DNA of 64,000 bases, taken from contig JBGPJZ010000001.1 in the NCBI GenBank assembly GCA_041485695.1, forward strand, positions 44,697-108,696, read 5' to 3'. The notes under the pieces are model-generated. The model did no database searches. It was not told the origin of the DNA and saw nothing but the letters and a program-made list of their open reading frames with translations. Origin of the DNA: Minisyncoccia bacterium. Its GTDB lineage: Bacteria > Patescibacteriota > Minisyncoccia > Phycocordibacterales > Phycocordibacteraceae. Position 1 is the first letter of the stretch. Every line of letters begins with the position of its first letter. Shown here in pieces: positions 28,375 through 38,203 of the stretch. The position numbers and the translations under genes are program-made.

Positions 28375-29739
28375 ATGAGCTTTTTGCCAGGCTTCCATGC
28401 TCTTGAGGAGTGGATGAAAGGTGCGCGCGATCGGAGCGGATTGCGGCCTCCCGGCTGGCCCATATTCCTTCTCGGAATCCTTATCTTCTTCAACGGGTAC
28501 CTTTTCTTCCAGTCGAACGTAGAGGCTGCGCTCTCGTACATGCTTTTTCTTTCGCCTTTGTGGCTTGCAGCCTTGATTGCAAGCGCGTCATGGGGGCTGT
28601 GGATGATTATGCGCCGCTCCTACTTCATCGCAGCACAAAGCTATATCCTGCTTGAAATAAAGCCGCCTCGCTCGCTTGTCAAGACGCCGCTCGCGATGGA
28701 GGCCGTGCTCGCCAGTTTCTGGCACTATCCGGGCGAAAGCGACTGGCATAGATTATATTGGTATGGCAGGGTCCGGCCATGGTGGTCCTTGGAGATAGTC
28801 TCTCTTGAAGGGCAGATACATTTCTATATCTGGACGCGCGCTAACTTTCGCAAGCTTGTCGAGGCAGCGGTGTATGCCCAGTACCCGGGCGCACAAGTGG
28901 TCGAAGCCGAGGACTACACTAAGACCATCTCGGCGATACCTGGCGCGGAGTGGGGCGTCTGGGGTTGTGATTACAAGCATACCAAGCGAGACCCGTACCC
29001 GATTAAAACCTATATAGAGTACGGGCTTGATAAGATCCAGGAAGAGCCCGAGCAGGTTGACCCCCTCTCAAACCTGGTTGAATTCGCGGCTGGGCTTGGT
29101 AAGGGCGAGTATCTGTGGATTCAATACATCTTTCGGGTACATCTGTGGGGAGAAAAGTATAAGAAAAGGAATAAAGAAGGTAAGCCTTGGACGTGGAAGG
29201 ACGAGGCGAAAGAGATCGTCCAAGAAATCAGGTCGCAAACGCGCGACCCGTATGTCGACCCTGCGACTGGTGAAGAGCGCCCTGGATTCCCCAACCCGAC
29301 CAAGCAGCAGACAGAGACTATGGCGGCAATCGAGCGCAACGTCGGGAAGCTCCCCTTCGATGTCGGCGCCCGCGCAATCTATCTTGCGAAGCCTGAGCGA
29401 TTCGACCCCATCGCTATCACCGGCCTCATCGGCCTCTTCAGGGCATTCTCGTCTGCCGGGTGGAATGAAATCAGGGCGACCCGGTGGCTTATGGAGTACG
29501 CCGACTACCCGTGGGAACTCGGCAATACCAGGCGTAAAGAGCGGCGTGCCGGGGAACTCGTCGACGCCTATCGCCGTCGGCAGTATTTTCACGAGCCGTG
29601 GTCGTTCCACGATTACATGGTGATGAGCACCGAAGAGCTTGCAACCCTTTTCCATATCCCATCGCGCGCCGTTACGTCGCCAGCGCTCGGACGCATCGAA
29701 TCAGCTACGGGCGAAGCGCCTGTCAATCTCCCGACCTAG
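28375..29739 (+). CDS. Membrane-anchored conserved protein resembling the N-terminal region of CPR VirD4/TraG-like proteins, without a P-loop
   Basis: LLEIKPP, SLEIVS..QIHFYI, YAQYP, YPIKTY, EELATLFHIP; family assignment from recall. Confidence 0.65.
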   Translation: MSFLPGFHALEEWMKGARDRSGLRPPGWPIFLLGILIFFNGYLFFQSNVEAALSYMLFLSPLWLAALIASASWGLWMIMRRSYFIAAQSYILLEIKPPRSLVKTPLAMEAVLASFWHYPGESDWHRLYWYGRVRPWWSLEIVSLEGQIHFYIWTRANFRKLVEAAVYAQYPGAQVVEAEDYTKTISAIPGAEWGVWGCDYKHTKRDPYPIKTYIEYGLDKIQEEPEQVDPLSNLVEFAAGLGKGEYLWIQYIFRVHLWGEKYKKRNKEGKPWTWKDEAKEIVQEIRSQTRDPYVDPATGEERPGFPNPTKQQTETMAAIERNVGKLPFDVGARAIYLAKPERFDPIAITGLIGLFRAFSSAGWNEIRATRWLMEYADYPWELGNTRRKERRAGELVDAYRRRQYFHEPWSFHDYMVMSTEELATLFHIPSRAVTSPALGRIESATGEAPVNLPT

Positions 29740-29742
29740 GAT

Positions 29743-30678
29743 ATGCCGCTGCGCTTCTTTCACGCGACCGTAAGTGCGCTTCATATGCACGTGCTCCGAT
29801 GGTGGCGCGAATACGTACTCACGCTTGCCGCCGTGCTTATCGTCGTACTCGGCGGGTACTTTTTCTTTTTTGCAGCGCCGTACGGTTTCCCTGCTGACAT
29901 GACCATTACTATCCCGGAAGGAGCTTCGCTGGGCGCTACAGCGGAGGAACTCAAAAAGGCTGGCCTGATTCCAAATCAAACGGCATTCGTTCTTTTCGTA
30001 CGTCTGATTGGAGGTTCTGACCGCATACATGCTGGGCGATATCGATTTCCTAGGCCGCAAAATGCAATCATCATTGCCGGGCGGCTCATTGCCGCTGATT
30101 CAGGCATACCTCCGATTCGCATTACGTTTCCCGAAGGCAGCACCAATACCGAGATGGCTGCCCTTATCCACGCGCAATTTTCTGACCTTGCCGAAAGCGA
30201 TTTCATTGCTGCAGGCGCCAGTGGCCAGGGATACCTCTTCCCCGACACCTATGTCTTTGCCGCGGGCGATACGCAGGACAGCATCATCGTGCGGCTACGG
30301 AGCACGTTTGATAAGCGTATAGCTACGATAGAACACCAGATCAGAGCTTCAGGGCATTCGCTTGGCGATATCGTAACGATGGCTTCCATCCTTGAGGCGG
30401 AGACGAAAACGCCGGAGGACCGCCGCATCGTCGCAGGCATCTTATGGAAGCGTCTTGCGATAGGTATGGCGCTCCAGGTAGACGCCGCGCCGGAGACGTA
30501 CAAAACGCTGGGGCTTCCGAGATCCCCTATTGATAACCCGGGTCTTGACGCTGTCCTCGCCGCCGCGGAGCCGACCAAAACCAAGTACCTCTATTACCTC
30601 ACCGGCTCCGATGGCCGGATGCACTACGCCGTCACGTTCGCGGAGCATCAAGCAAACCTCGAAAGATACTTGAAATGA
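29743..30678 (+). CDS. mltG: Endolytic transglycosylase MltG (YceG)
   Basis: TFPEG, GYLFPDTY, MASILEAE, LQVDA, GLP..PI.NPG. Confidence 0.92.
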   Translation: MPLRFFHATVSALHMHVLRWWREYVLTLAAVLIVVLGGYFFFFAAPYGFPADMTITIPEGASLGATAEELKKAGLIPNQTAFVLFVRLIGGSDRIHAGRYRFPRPQNAIIIAGRLIAADSGIPPIRITFPEGSTNTEMAALIHAQFSDLAESDFIAAGASGQGYLFPDTYVFAAGDTQDSIIVRLRSTFDKRIATIEHQIRASGHSLGDIVTMASILEAETKTPEDRRIVAGILWKRLAIGMALQVDAAPETYKTLGLPRSPIDNPGLDAVLAAAEPTKTKYLYYLTGSDGRMHYAVTFAEHQANLERYLK

Positions 30679-30745
30679 GAAATGAAAAGCCGCGCGACGT
30701 GCACCATACTGGTGTCGTGTCGCGCGGCAAGCTTTCCAGCCCGCA

Positions 30746-31045
30746 TCATGTGAAGTGCTCCTCTCCGCTCCTATTGGTCGCCCTGACGGTTTTTGTGACC
30801 TTGGCCAATCGTCGGAGATTCTCATACTCGATTCCACGGCTATGATCCTCATGCAAGAGCGCGTATTCGATATCATCGCAGGGGACGATATCGAAGAGAT
30901 ACTTCTTGCCGGGATTAAGCCGGTGTTCGATTTGAGGATTATCGAGATTGTGAATCAGCAAGTGAGGATCGGGACTGTCCCGGTGGTCGACAACCTCAAC
31001 GTACACAGATCCTAAGTGAATGAACTGAGCGTTCACGGTACTCAC
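30746..31045 (-). CDS. Hypothetical protein
   Basis: GTG after AGGAAAGGAAG; long hairpin at 30689-30728 downstream. Confidence 0.5.
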   Translation of the reverse strand: MSTVNAQFIHLGSVYVEVVDHRDSPDPHLLIHNLDNPQIEHRLNPGKKYLFDIVPCDDIEYALLHEDHSRGIEYENLRRLAKVTKTVRATNRSGEEHFT

Positions 31046-31122
31046 CTTCCTTTCCTGACGCCCTCTAGCTTTAAGAGAATCGCATTTTGCGCCTGGTTGT
31101 CAAGCATGATTATATGAGGACA

Positions 31123-32058
31123 ATGGAGAACGTGAAGGGGAAGAAGGTGTTTATAGGCCTCTCGGGGGGAGTAGATTCGGCTGTCTCAGCTGCGCTCTTG
31201 AAGCGCGGTGGGGCAATCGTAACAGGTGTATTCATAAAAGGCTGGTACCCGCCAGGCATGCCCTGTACCTGGGCAGAAGATCGCCGCGACGCGATGCGCG
31301 TCGCGGCTCGTCTGCGTATCCCGTTCGTAACGCTCGATGCGAGCGCGGAGTACAAGAAGTGGGTCATCGATTATCTTTTGGCCGAATATCGGGCAGGCAG
31401 GACCCCGAATCCGGATGTCATGTGCAATCGTGAAATAAAATTTGGCGTTTTTTACCGCTATGCGAAAGCAGAAGGCGCCGATTATATCGCCACCGGTCAC
31501 TATCGGAGCGGAGAGAAGGACCAGAGCTACTTCTTATGGGCTGTCCCGCACGATGTTCTTGCTGAAACCATCTTTCCCATAGGGGACATGAATAAAAAAG
31601 AGGTTCGTGCGCTTGCAAAGCGACTTCGCTTGCCAGTCGCAGGGAAAAAAGATAGTCAGGGCATCTGCTTCTTGGGCGATGTATCAGTCGAAGATTTCTT
31701 GAAGAAAGAATTAGGGACTCACAATCCCGCGCTTCTCTATACGCTCGGGCAAAGAATCTCGCTCCCTGACGGCCCATGGTATGTCGTCGGGAAAGACGTG
31801 GGGAAGAAAGAAGTCGCTGTTTCAAGAGAGCGAGTACGACAAAGGAACGAGATACCCTTTCGTGATGCCAACTGGCTTGCTCTGCCCGCACGAGCCACCG
31901 AAGCGCAGTATCGGTATCGAGCGAGGCACGTCGCAGGCCGCATCAAGGGCTCTACCTTCATCCCTTCTGTCCCGATTCAAGAACCCATAGCGCCAGGGCA
32001 ATCCATCGTCTTTTATCGAGGACAGGAACTTATCGGCGGTGGTATCATTGGCTCATGA
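31123..32058 (+). CDS. mnmA: tRNA 2-thiouridylase, compact form
   Basis: SGGVDS, GRTPNPDVMCN, ATGHY, KDQSYFL, DSQGICF, APGQ; start 31114 also possible. Confidence 0.96.
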   Translation: MENVKGKKVFIGLSGGVDSAVSAALLKRGGAIVTGVFIKGWYPPGMPCTWAEDRRDAMRVAARLRIPFVTLDASAEYKKWVIDYLLAEYRAGRTPNPDVMCNREIKFGVFYRYAKAEGADYIATGHYRSGEKDQSYFLWAVPHDVLAETIFPIGDMNKKEVRALAKRLRLPVAGKKDSQGICFLGDVSVEDFLKKELGTHNPALLYTLGQRISLPDGPWYVVGKDVGKKEVAVSRERVRQRNEIPFRDANWLALPARATEAQYRYRARHVAGRIKGSTFIPSVPIQEPIAPGQSIVFYRGQELIGGGIIGS

Positions 32059-32468
32059 CGCTACGGATAGCCCTTGCAGTCTTTGTAGCCGTGGTCATCA
32101 TCATTGCGGCGTTCGCCTTCTTCACCCCTCACGCCAACAGGGGCGGAGAGCAGGCGCCGAGCGCGAGTATCGTCCAGAAACCAGTGCCAGATGTCTCCCT
32201 TTCCGACTCATATAAAAAAGGCATGCATACGATTTCTGGGTCAATCATGGCGCCCACGCCCTGCACGAGCGTCACTGCCGATGCGAGCGTCGCAAGCGGC
32301 ACGCCGGCGGTCATCTCGGTCACCATCTCGATGCCCTCTGATGCAGGTATTTGTTTGCAGCAAGCGACCGTAGTGCCGTTCAAAGTTTCTGCAGCGGCGG
32401 GAGCCGACGCGATCATCGCGGCGTATGTGAATGGGGCACCTGCCTCGACGACTGTAAAAACGTTATGA
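32055..32468 (+). CDS. Membrane-anchored hypothetical protein
   Basis: N-terminal TM, PTPC..C pair. Confidence 0.7.
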   Translation: MTLRIALAVFVAVVIIIAAFAFFTPHANRGGEQAPSASIVQKPVPDVSLSDSYKKGMHTISGSIMAPTPCTSVTADASVASGTPAVISVTISMPSDAGICLQQATVVPFKVSAAAGADAIIAAYVNGAPASTTVKTL

Positions 32469-33358
32469 CGCCGAATCTTGCACAGGCCGAGAATATCCGA
32501 AGCAGGCCCGCTGGCGTCCCGATAGTCAAAGCCGATGGCACCATTGAGACGTTCGATCCTGAACGCCTGCGCTCATCGCTTATGCGTGCAGGTGCGGGCT
32601 CCCACGCGGCCGAGCGCATCGCAGAGCAGATTACGGAGACAGTGGTACCCGGTGCGGCCTCTCGAGAGATCTATGCGCGGGCGTTCGCACTCCTGCGAAA
32701 AGAGGCGCGGCCAGTTGCAGCTCGGTACGCTCTGCGTCGTGCACTCCTTGAATTCGGCCCCACGGGCCATCCTTTTGAGGACTTCGTGTCGCACCTCTTT
32801 CGCGCGAGCGGATGGCAGGTGAAAACGCGCCAGATGATGCAGGGTAAGTGCGTTACTCACGAAGTTGATTTTTATGCAACGCGCGAGAGCGAGTACCTCG
32901 CCGCCGAGCTCAAATATCACAACGACCCGGCCTACAAGACCGACCTCAAGGTCGCGCTCTATGTAAAAGCGCGCTTCGAAGATATCTGGCAGTGCGACCC
33001 GGCTTTCCAGACGTGCCCCGTAAACCGCGGATTCCTCATTACGAATACCAAATTCACGAGCGAAGCTATCGCGTACGCTTCGTGTGCAGGCATCGAGCTC
33101 CTCGGGTGGAGCTATCCTGCGGGCGCCGGGCTCCTTGAGGAAATGTCTCGTACCCGGGTGTATCCTGTGACGACCCTGACCACGCTCGCGCGCGCGGAAA
33201 AGCGCCTCTTAATCGACCAGGGCGTGGTGGCGGTAGACGAACTCGTGAAGAAGCCGAAGGCTCTTGATGCGCTGCACCTTTCGCCATCGCGGGTAGGGGA
33301 GATACGCGCTGAAGCAGATGGGCTTTTACAACTTGCGCACCCTTTCGACCATGAATGA
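32465..33358 (+). CDS. ATP-cone domain fused to a restriction-endonuclease-like (Mrr-type) domain
   Basis: IVKADG..E.FD..RL..SL.RAG (ATP cone); G.PFE.FV..F, HEVD, AELKYH, TNTKFT. Confidence 0.82.
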   Translation: MTPNLAQAENIRSRPAGVPIVKADGTIETFDPERLRSSLMRAGAGSHAAERIAEQITETVVPGAASREIYARAFALLRKEARPVAARYALRRALLEFGPTGHPFEDFVSHLFRASGWQVKTRQMMQGKCVTHEVDFYATRESEYLAAELKYHNDPAYKTDLKVALYVKARFEDIWQCDPAFQTCPVNRGFLITNTKFTSEAIAYASCAGIELLGWSYPAGAGLLEEMSRTRVYPVTTLTTLARAEKRLLIDQGVVAVDELVKKPKALDALHLSPSRVGEIRAEADGLLQLAHPFDHE

Positions 33359-33833
33359 CGTTATACGACCAACCTTTATATTTATTGCTGGCGCTTTGAT
33401 TGGTGGCCTTGCCGCTACGGTATGGTTTTCAGCCTCTCAGCCGGTTCCCTGGCCGGGCGGCGGCGTAAGTACTTCGACCGGAAGCGCTGCGGCACTCCCG
33501 CCTGATACGAGCGGGAGAGTCTCGGTAATCGGTCAGAAAGCTGGCGACACCGTCGAGGTTGAGTCGGTAACCGTGCCCCCTCCTGGCGTGTGGGTTACCG
33601 TACGAGAAGTTTCCGGTACCGAACTCGGGAATGTGCTCGGGGCCGCGCGTGCCCGCGGCCCCGTTTCAACCCTCACCATTCCGCTCCTCCGAGCGACCGT
33701 ACCTGGCCACGCGTACGCGGTCGAGCTTTATCGCGATGACGGGAATGACGCGTTCGACATCACGCAAGATAGTGTATATGTCGATTTCGATACGGGAAAC
33801 CCTGTCATCGCTCCGTTTGCCACGACCAATTGA
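33351..33833 (+). CDS. Membrane-anchored hypothetical protein
   Basis: N-terminal TM, beta-rich body; overlaps the upstream stop. Confidence 0.7.
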   Translation: MNDVIRPTFIFIAGALIGGLAATVWFSASQPVPWPGGGVSTSTGSAAALPPDTSGRVSVIGQKAGDTVEVESVTVPPPGVWVTVREVSGTELGNVLGAARARGPVSTLTIPLLRATVPGHAYAVELYRDDGNDAFDITQDSVYVDFDTGNPVIAPFATTN

Positions 33834-33834
33834 T

Positions 33835-34626
33835 ATGGCGGGCGCTAAACGGTATGCGAAGACGTTCGAACCTCTTTCGTCAGAGCCTTTTACGTTGAGC
33901 CGATCCAAGATAGATACGTTTACCGAGTGTGCCCGCTGCTCGTATCTCGACCTGCGTCTTGGCGTCAAGCGTCCACAAGGCCCGAGTTTTACTTTAAACA
34001 ACGCTGTCGACGAGCTCTTGAAACGTGAATTCGACGGGTACCGCGCAAACGGGACGGTCCATCCCCTCGCAAAGTCGTACGGCCTCGACCTCACCCCCCT
34101 CAAAGATGAACGGCTTGAAGAGTGGCGTGATGCCCTGCGACGGGGGATTAGAGCGCATCACAAAGAGACAAATCTTATCGTGCGCGGCGGCATCGATGAC
34201 GTGTGGCAAGACAAGCGAGGCCAGCTCTACGTGGTCGACTACAAGGCCACCGCGAAGAAGGAGGGGCCGAAGACCGCCGACGACCTCTACCCTTCATACA
34301 AGAAGCAGGTCGAGGTATACCAGTGGCTCTTTCGTAAAAACGGCTTTGTCGTCTCGCCGACCGCATATTTCGTATACGTGAATGGGAAATCCGATGCGAA
34401 GGCGTTCGACGGCAAGCTTGAGTTCGATATCGAGCTCATCCCGTATGAAGGCGATGATTCGTGGGTCGACCCTATGCTCGGCGACCTCAAGGCCATGCTC
34501 ATGAGCGATGAGATTCCACCCGTAGGGACCGCATTTGGAGGGGGCCCGTGCGACTACTGCACGTACCGCGAGAACGCTGGCAAAACGCTGCAAGAAGCGC
34601 AGAAGCATGCAAAAAGCAAGAAATAA
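33835..34626 (+). CDS. PD-(D/E)XK nuclease (RecB/AddB-like)
   Basis: LSRSKI..F.EC, GGIDDVW, VVDYK, QVEVY, CDYC. Confidence 0.88.
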   Translation: MAGAKRYAKTFEPLSSEPFTLSRSKIDTFTECARCSYLDLRLGVKRPQGPSFTLNNAVDELLKREFDGYRANGTVHPLAKSYGLDLTPLKDERLEEWRDALRRGIRAHHKETNLIVRGGIDDVWQDKRGQLYVVDYKATAKKEGPKTADDLYPSYKKQVEVYQWLFRKNGFVVSPTAYFVYVNGKSDAKAFDGKLEFDIELIPYEGDDSWVDPMLGDLKAMLMSDEIPPVGTAFGGGPCDYCTYRENAGKTLQEAQKHAKSKK

Positions 34627-34873
34627 TTTCCGCGAACGCGTCTTTGCGGTCGTGAGAAAGATTCCAAAAGGGAAGACACTCGCGTATGGCGAAGTCGCGC
34701 GCCGCGCAGGGAAGCCGAGCGCGGCGCGCGCCGTGGGCGCCATTTTGCATACGAACTTTGACCCTGCAATCCCATGCCATCGCGTCATCCGCGCAGACGG
34801 CACCTTGGGTGGCTATAATCGCGGTGCGCGTAAAAAGAAGTTGATATTATCAGTAGAGAGGGCTGTGTGGTGA
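34607..34873 (+). CDS. ogt: O6-methylguanine-DNA methyltransferase (MGMT family, minimal)
   Basis: IPKGKTLAYGEVA, ARAVG, active site PCHRV. Confidence 0.88.
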   Translation: MQKARNNFRERVFAVVRKIPKGKTLAYGEVARRAGKPSAARAVGAILHTNFDPAIPCHRVIRADGTLGGYNRGARKKKLILSVERAVW

Positions 34874-34927
34874 TACGCTAGAGTGCAGGTTCGCAATCAG
34901 GCGATTTCCGTAGGGAGGGTTCACGTC

Positions 34928-35338
34928 ATGAAACGGATACGCGCGAGTATCGCCTTGTTCTTTGTCTCGTGGCTTGCAGTAGCTCCTGTGTATGGCGCTG
35001 ATCCTGCAACCAAGAGCGAGGTGCTGCGGGCAATCGTGTGTCGTACCGCCCCATGTCAATATTCCATCTTATGTCCCGTGGTGCGTCGGCTGAACGGGAG
35101 AGAGATGTCGTTCATGCTTGGTGTCAAGGTGAGCGGAGATGTGGTCATCCTCCACGATTCTCTTTTCGGCGTCACTCTCGTCTCTGCACATGGGGAGGAT
35201 ACTCTCGCCGACATCGTCCCTGAACGACCAGAGGAGGCCATGGGGTTTGATAAGCCTACGATGCGGATTGTCTTCGCCAAGGAGCTCGTTGTGGCTGTGC
35301 AGTGTGCGCTAGACAGTTCTCGGAATCCTCCAATCTGA
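34928..35338 (+). CDS. Secreted hypothetical protein
   Basis: AGGGAGGG before ATG; signal peptide ending VYG-A; downstream hairpin at about 35360-35392. Confidence 0.55.
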   Translation: MKRIRASIALFFVSWLAVAPVYGADPATKSEVLRAIVCRTAPCQYSILCPVVRRLNGREMSFMLGVKVSGDVVILHDSLFGVTLVSAHGEDTLADIVPERPEEAMGFDKPTMRIVFAKELVVAVQCALDSSRNPPI

Positions 35339-35409
35339 CCGGTGCCTCGTTCCTTTCCTGAAAACCTGCACGCCTCGCGCGTACAGGTTTTCTCTCATAT
35401 ACTCCCCCC

Positions 35410-36102
35410 ATGGAGGTCAAGATTGACGCATCGTGGAAGAAGCATTTAAACACAGAATTTAAGGCGCCGTATTTCAAAGAGCTTACAGAGTTTGTTAAGA
35501 AAGAATATGTGAGCGAGATGGTGTATCCGCCGCCCAAATATATTTTTCATGCCTTTGATCTCTGCCCGTTCGACAAGGTCAAGGTGGTGATTCTAGGGCA
35601 GGATCCGTATCACGGCAAAGGCCAAGCCAACGGCTTGTGTTTTGCTGTGAACGATGACATCGTACTCCCGCCCTCGCTCCAGAATATCTTTAAAGAAATC
35701 GAAAGCGATCTCGGCGACCGAGCGAAGAGCGAGGAAGTCCCGAGGCTAGCAAGCCGAGGGGGCAATCTTTCGCGATGGGCAGAGCAGGGTGTCCTCTTGC
35801 TGAACGCGACACTCACCGTCCGTGCAAATCTCGCTGGCTCGCATCAGGGGCGTGGCTGGGAACAGTTTACCGACGCGGCTATCAAGGCGCTTTCAAGCGA
35901 GCGCGAGCACCTCGTCTTCATCCTCTGGGGAAATTATGCGAAGCAAAAAGGCGCGCATATCGACCGCAGTAAACACTTGGTCATCGAGTCCGCCCACCCC
36001 TCACCCTTCTCCGCTGCAAGCGGTTTCTTCGGCTCTAAACCTTTCAGCAAAGCGAACACCTACCTCGCCGAACACGGCGAAACGCCTGTCGATTGGCTAT
36101 AA
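35410..36102 (+). CDS. ung: Uracil-DNA glycosylase family 1
   Basis: GQDPYH, PPSL.NI, GVLLLN, HPSPFS. Confidence 0.98.
   Translation: MEVKIDASWKKHLNTEFKAPYFKELTEFVKKEYVSEMVYPPPKYIFHAFDLCPFDKVKVVILGQDPYHGKGQANGLCFAVNDDIVLPPSLQNIFKEIESDLGDRAKSEEVPRLASRGGNLSRWAEQGVLLLNATLTVRANLAGSHQGRGWEQFTDAAIKALSSEREHLVFILWGNYAKQKGAHIDRSKHLVIESAHPSPFSAASGFFGSKPFSKANTYLAEHGETPVDWL
35710..35758. repeat. 49-bp hairpin element inside ung sharing the core of the 78-bp repeat
   Basis: Ends CTCGGC...GCCGAG; core CCGAGCGAAGAGCGAGGAAGTCCCGAGG versus repeat CCGAGCCGAAGGCGAGGAGACCCGAGG. Confidence 0.7.
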
Positions 36103-36110
36103 GCGCTACA

Positions 36111-36186
36111 GAGAAAGTGCCTGCGAAAAAGTCCTCGGGTCTCCTCGCCTTCGGCTCGGCCAGACTATTTTCTCGGCAGCTTTCTC
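36111..36186 (+). repeat. ~78-bp folded intergenic repeat, copy 2
   Basis: GAGAAAGTGCCTGCGAAAAAGTCCTCGG...TCTCGGCAGCTTTCTC, between convergent stops. Confidence 0.93.
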
Positions 36187-36192
36187 CTTCAC

Positions 36193-38157
36193 CTACCAAA
36201 TCTTGGCGCGGGCTTTGGGGGCGCGATAGAGCTTGTCTCCTTTTTTCACCCCAAACGCTTCGTAGAACTCGGTCAGATTAGAAAGCGGGCCGTTAACACG
36301 AAAAATGTCAGGCGAATGCGGGTCGGTAAGAATCGAGGTTTTTAAATGTTCAGGCCGTGCAATCTCACGCCAATCCTGTGCCTTAGCAAGGAAGAAGCGT
36401 TGTTCGGGAGCAAAGCCGTCAATTATTTTGCGCCCTGTCTTTTTAAGATGCCGCTCATATGCAGCGAAGGCAATCGCGTCCCCGCCAAGATCCGCAATAT
36501 TTTCGCCAAGCGTGAGTTTACCGTTGACCTTCACTCCATGCAGCTCGTACTGATTGAACTGTCGTTCAACCACGCGAGCCTTTTTCTCAAATCGGGCGCG
36601 GTCAAGCGATGTCCACCAGCTTTTTAAGTTGCCTTTTTCATCGAACTTCGAGCCCTGGTCGTCGAAGCCGTGCGTAATCTCGTGGCCGATTACAGCGCCG
36701 ATGGCACCATAGTTCACTGCGTCGTCGGCGCTTGCGTCGAAAAAAGGATGCTGGAGAATCGCAGCAGGAAAGACTATCTCGTTCGTACCCTGGTTATAGT
36801 ACGCATTGACCGTTTGCGGCGTCATAAACCACTCCTCGCGGTCAACTGGCTTACCGAGCTTGTGCATCTGGCGCGCGTGCTCATGGAGCGAGGCGCGCAT
36901 CACATTCCCGAAATAATCGGCGGGGTCGATGACGAGTCTTCGGTAACTCTTCCAGCGTTTTGGGTACCCGATCTTGCGGACCATGGTCTTTAGTTTCTTC
37001 TGCGCGCGTTTTTTCGTTGCCGGGCTCATCCAGTCAAGGACCTTGATGCGTTCGGCATACACGGCAAACAAGTCGCTGATGAGAGCGTCCATTTTTCGCT
37101 TTGCTTCGTGGGTGAAATATTTTTCTACATAAATCTGCCCGAGCGATTCACCAACCGTGCCGTTAACTGTCGAGAGTGCTCGGCGCCATAAAGGGCGCAT
37201 CTTTTTAGCTCCCGAAAGTACCTTGCCGTAAAAATCGAAATTAGCTTGCACAAATCGTTGCGAAAGCAGGCCCGCCGTCCCTATGAAAAGATGCCATTCA
37301 AGATACACTCGCCAGTCTTCCATCGAGGTTTGCTTAAGGAGAGAGCTCACCGCTTTCAAAAAGCCGGGCTGCATAACCAATATCTTGGTCGGCGTGCGCG
37401 CCCCGATAGCTTTCAAATATGAACGCCAGTTGACGACCGGCGACAACTTCTGAAGAGCCTTTACCGAGAGTTTATGGTAGGTCTTGTGCGGGTCACGCGT
37501 GTCCTCTTTGCGCATTGAGGCCGTTGCCAGCGTTTTTTCAATCGCGAAAATAATCGCTGCATTCCGCCTCGCATCTTGCGGTGCCCAGCCGAAGAGCTTC
37601 AGCATCCTTTCAATATGTGCGAGATACGCAGTACGAACTCTAACCTGTTCGGGGTTATTGAGAAGATAATAGTCGCGCTCGGGCACGCCGAGACCGTCTT
37701 GGTAGAGATGCAAGAGATATGTCTCGCTGTTTTTTGCATCTTGATCAATTGCTGCACCCCACAAAACACCGATACCAAGCTTGTGAAATTTAGCGACGAG
37801 GCGAAGCACATCCTCTTTTGTTTTAAGCTTCTTAATCTTTGTGCGGAAGCGTTCAAGCGGCTTCGCGCCGAGTGCATTACGCGCCTTCATATCCATGCCC
37901 GAGCGATACAAGTCACCAACAAGTTGCGGGGCAGTGCCTTTCATAAGGTGCTTGGCCTTGAGCAAGCCGTTGACGATTTCTCTCAGCTTCTTTTGCGTTT
38001 CAGTTTGGAGGATTTGGAAACTGCCCCAGCGTGACTCATGAGGAGGGATTTTCTCTCTTTTAATCCACCCCCCGTTCGCGTAATGAAAAAAGTCGTCCTG
38101 CGGGCGGACGCGCTTATCTATGTCTCGCGTATCAAATCCCCACCCTTTTTTCTTCAT
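36193..38157 (-). CDS. M13 (neprilysin/PepO) metallopeptidase
   Basis: PQDDFF, VNAYY, HEITH, GENIADLGG, DPHSP. Confidence 0.96.
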   Translation of the reverse strand: MKKKGWGFDTRDIDKRVRPQDDFFHYANGGWIKREKIPPHESRWGSFQILQTETQKKLREIVNGLLKAKHLMKGTAPQLVGDLYRSGMDMKARNALGAKPLERFRTKIKKLKTKEDVLRLVAKFHKLGIGVLWGAAIDQDAKNSETYLLHLYQDGLGVPERDYYLLNNPEQVRVRTAYLAHIERMLKLFGWAPQDARRNAAIIFAIEKTLATASMRKEDTRDPHKTYHKLSVKALQKLSPVVNWRSYLKAIGARTPTKILVMQPGFLKAVSSLLKQTSMEDWRVYLEWHLFIGTAGLLSQRFVQANFDFYGKVLSGAKKMRPLWRRALSTVNGTVGESLGQIYVEKYFTHEAKRKMDALISDLFAVYAERIKVLDWMSPATKKRAQKKLKTMVRKIGYPKRWKSYRRLVIDPADYFGNVMRASLHEHARQMHKLGKPVDREEWFMTPQTVNAYYNQGTNEIVFPAAILQHPFFDASADDAVNYGAIGAVIGHEITHGFDDQGSKFDEKGNLKSWWTSLDRARFEKKARVVERQFNQYELHGVKVNGKLTLGENIADLGGDAIAFAAYERHLKKTGRKIIDGFAPEQRFFLAKAQDWREIARPEHLKTSILTDPHSPDIFRVNGPLSNLTEFYEAFGVKKGDKLYRAPKARAKIW

Positions 38158-38203
38158 GCCGCCATACTACACGACCTTCTATTCGCGTGCTATCGTCTCA
38201 TGC

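Noticed and set aside
30689-30728. Long hairpin after mltG as another repeat copy
   Set aside because: No sequence similarity to the repeat families; position between convergent stops fits a terminator
33835-34626. cas4 call for the PD-(D/E)XK genes
   Set aside because: No cas1, cas2 or array nearby; stand-alone RecB-like nucleases are common
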